Positions 15,356 through 17,261 of a stretch of DNA of 17,261 nucleotides are shown here, piece after piece. The notes beneath the pieces were generated by a model that had not been told where the DNA came from, did not search any database, and saw only the letters and a program-made list of their open reading frames with translations. Positions within the stretch are counted from its first letter, which is position 1; each line of letters opens with the position of its first letter. Both the position numbers and the translations under genes were made by a program. This DNA is from Candidatus Methylomirabilota bacterium (lineage in GTDB: Bacteria > Methylomirabilota > Methylomirabilia > Rokubacteriales > CSP1-6): NCBI GenBank assembly GCA_046726415.1, contig JBKPAK010000253.1, positions 1 through 17,261 on the forward strand, read 5' to 3'.

Positions 15356-16272
15356 AAATCCTGAGCATCGCGCTCGCGATCGTGATCGGTCTTCAAGGCG
15401 CCGTCTTCGCCGCGGCTGGCCAGAAGAGCTTCGAGTCCCTGGACGATGCCGTCAATGCGCTCGTCGGGGCATTTCGCGCCGCCGACCGAAAGGCCGTCGT
15501 CGAGATCCTCGGGCCCAAAGGGGCTCCGATAGTCTGGTCTGGTGACACCGTCGCCGACCGCGCGGCTTTCCAGCGGTTCGTGGCGGCCTACGATCGCGCG
15601 CACCGGCTCGAGGGCGGCGATGGGAAGGTCGTCCTCTACGTCGGCGACGACGACTATCCGTTTCCGATTCCTCTCGTGCCCGACGGCCCACGATGGTTCT
15701 GGGACACCGACGCCGGGGACGAGGAGCTGCTCTATCGCCGGATCGGGCGAAACGAGCTCGCCACGATCCAGACGTGCCTGGCCTACGTCGACGCCCAGCG
15801 TGAATACTATTCACGGGACCGCGGCGCCGGCATTCTCGAGTACGCGCAGCGTCTGGAGAGCACCAAGGGCAAGCGAGATGGTCTCTACTGGCCGACACGG
15901 CCCGGCGAGAGACCAAGTCCGCTCGGCCCGCTCGTCGCCGAGGCGAGGGCGGCGGGCTACACGAGGCCCGAACCCGGCAAGCGGATGCCCTATCACGGCT
16001 ATCTGTATCATCTCCTGCTCGCGCAAGGCCCCGACGCCCCGGGTGGGGCCTACGACTTCGTCGTCAAGGGGCACATGATCGGCGGGTTCGCGCTGGTGGC
16101 GTTCCCAGCGACGTACGGGGTCTCGGGTATCGTGACGTTCATCGTCAGCCACGGCGGCGTCGTGTACCAGAAGGACCTGGGGGCGAAGACCGCGCAGCTC
16201 GCGAATGCGATGAAGACGTACAACCCCGACAAGACGTGGACCAAGGTCGCCTCCGACGCGAGCGGGCGATGA
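15352..16272 (+). CDS. DUF2950 domain-containing protein
   Basis: ATGA overlap with DUF3300. Signal peptide, YPFPIPLV...W..DT.AG.EE...RRIGRNEL, YVDAQREY, GKRDGLYW, SPLGPL, PYHGY, MIGGFALVAFPA.YG.SG..TFIV...GVVYQKDLG, YNPD.TW. Confidence 0.9.
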   Translation: MKILSIALAIVIGLQGAVFAAAGQKSFESLDDAVNALVGAFRAADRKAVVEILGPKGAPIVWSGDTVADRAAFQRFVAAYDRAHRLEGGDGKVVLYVGDDDYPFPIPLVPDGPRWFWDTDAGDEELLYRRIGRNELATIQTCLAYVDAQREYYSRDRGAGILEYAQRLESTKGKRDGLYWPTRPGERPSPLGPLVAEARAAGYTRPEPGKRMPYHGYLYHLLLAQGPDAPGGAYDFVVKGHMIGGFALVAFPATYGVSGIVTFIVSHGGVVYQKDLGAKTAQLANAMKTYNPDKTWTKVASDASGR

Positions 16273-17261
16273 CGGGTCCCTCGCCGTATCTGCGTGCTGC
16301 CCGGCGTGAGATGCATCTCGGCGTGTTCGTCCTTGGTACCGGCAACCACTCCGCCGGCTGGCGTTACGAGGGGGCGGCGACTAGCAACAACGACCTCTCA
16401 GTCATCCAGGAGATCGCCCGCCAGGCCGAGCGCGGCAAATTCGACCTGGTGTTCATCTCCGACGGCCTCGTCATGGATCCTGGGGACCACCCGTCCTTCC
16501 TGTGCCGCTTCGAGCCCACCACGCTCATCGCGTTGCTGAGCACCTCGACCCGGCACATCGGCTTGGGCGCCACCGTATCGACCAGCTTCGGCGAGCCCTA
16601 CCACGTGGCCCGGACCTTCTCCTCGATCGACCACATGAGCAAGGGCCGGGCCGCCTGGAACGTGGTAACCAGCTCGGCGGGCAAGGCGGCACTCAACTTC
16701 AGCCGCGAAGCGCACATGGAGCACGACCTCCGCTACGAGGTCGCCGAGGAGTTCGTCGACGTCGTGAAGGGGCTGTGGGACTGCTGGGAAGACGGTGCCA
16801 TCATCGCGGACAAAGCCACCGGAACCTTCCTCGATCCCACGAAAGTCCGACCGCTGAACCACAAGGGGCGGTTCTTCCAGGTGAAGGGCCCCATCAATAT
16901 GGCCCGCTGTCCCCAGGGGCATCCGGTCATAATCCAGGCCGGTGGCTCGGAGGCTGGGCTCGAGCTGGCGGCGCGGACGGCCGATGTCGTCTTCTCGGTC
17001 GTCCAGGAGCTCTCGAGCGCCAAGGCCGCCTATCGCGACCTGAAGGCGCGCATGGCCAACTATGGTCGCACGCCCGATCAGCTCGTTGTCCTGCCAGGCG
17101 TGATGCCCATCATCGGGAGCACCGACTCGGAGGCCCGGGACAAGCTGTCGCTGCTCCAGAGCTGGCTCACGCCCACCAACGCCCTGACTCTCGTGACCAG
17201 CCGCATCGGGTACGACGTCACGGGCTTTCCGCTCGACGGGCCGGTGCCGGCGCCGCCGCCG
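16269..17261 (+). CDS. LLM-class flavin-dependent monooxygenase, NtaA/SnaA/DmoA type (partial, runs off the right edge)
   Basis: Not in the ORF track because there is no stop. My translation includes MHLGVFVLGTGNHSAGWR...AERGKFDLVFISD...FEPTTL...IGLGATVSTSF.EPYHVARTFSSIDHMSKGRAAWNVVTS...PQGHPVIIQAGGSEAG. Start is ATG 16269 (overlaps the DUF2950 stop) or ATG 16311. Confidence 0.92.
   Translation, partial: MTGPSPYLRAARREMHLGVFVLGTGNHSAGWRYEGAATSNNDLSVIQEIARQAERGKFDLVFISDGLVMDPGDHPSFLCRFEPTTLIALLSTSTRHIGLGATVSTSFGEPYHVARTFSSIDHMSKGRAAWNVVTSSAGKAALNFSREAHMEHDLRYEVAEEFVDVVKGLWDCWEDGAIIADKATGTFLDPTKVRPLNHKGRFFQVKGPINMARCPQGHPVIIQAGGSEAGLELAARTADVVFSVVQELSSAKAAYRDLKARMANYGRTPDQLVVLPGVMPIIGSTDSEARDKLSLLQSWLTPTNALTLVTSRIGYDVTGFPLDGPVPAPPP

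Noticed and set aside
4161..15603. Long antisense ORFs (4161-5111 +, 5607-7022 -, 10690-11715 -, 13919-15214 -, 14683-15603 -; also 878-1759 -)
   Set aside because: These are shadow frames of well-supported genes in high-GC DNA, with no recognisable motifs.
1..17261. Integron cassette array or defence island as an explanation for the mosaic
   Set aside because: I found no recurring attC-like palindromes, genes lie in both orientations, there is no integron integrase, and no defence-gene motifs were recognised.

Overview
High-GC bacterial accessory region built as a mosaic. The families and codon style resemble Rokubacteria/Methylomirabilota-type soil bacteria (inference only). It holds eight complete genes: a BBE-type FAD oxidoreductase, a DUF3891-like protein, a signal-less NMT1/SsuA-type binding protein, a Tat-exported SMP-30/gluconolactonase, an APC amino-acid permease, a Tat-exported cyclase-family hydrolase, and a DUF3300-DUF2950 pair. 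An NtaA/DmoA-type LLM monooxygenase runs off the right edge. Between these genes are many 70-350 bp shards. Mobile-element shards: three copies of the 5' part of one IS481-like/integrase-core element, a second integrase-core transposase, a large serine recombinase, an IS91-like tail, a tyrosine integrase C-terminus, and another transposase C-terminus with its probable terminus. Ordinary-gene shards: kelch repeat, DUF2846-like lipoprotein, ABC_sub_bind, acyltransferase, HdeD and a TAP-like hydrolase. The most structured non-coding signal is at ~3222-3476: a degenerate 3' half of a tRNA (best fit tRNA-Lys) flanked on both sides by the same 17-bp repeat, with an IHF-like box, 10-bp-phased motifs and a hairpin. 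This is an attP-like architecture. No CRISPR array, rRNA or intact tRNA is seen, and I cannot support a clear-cut novel multi-gene system. All family calls come from motif recognition by eye, not database searches.
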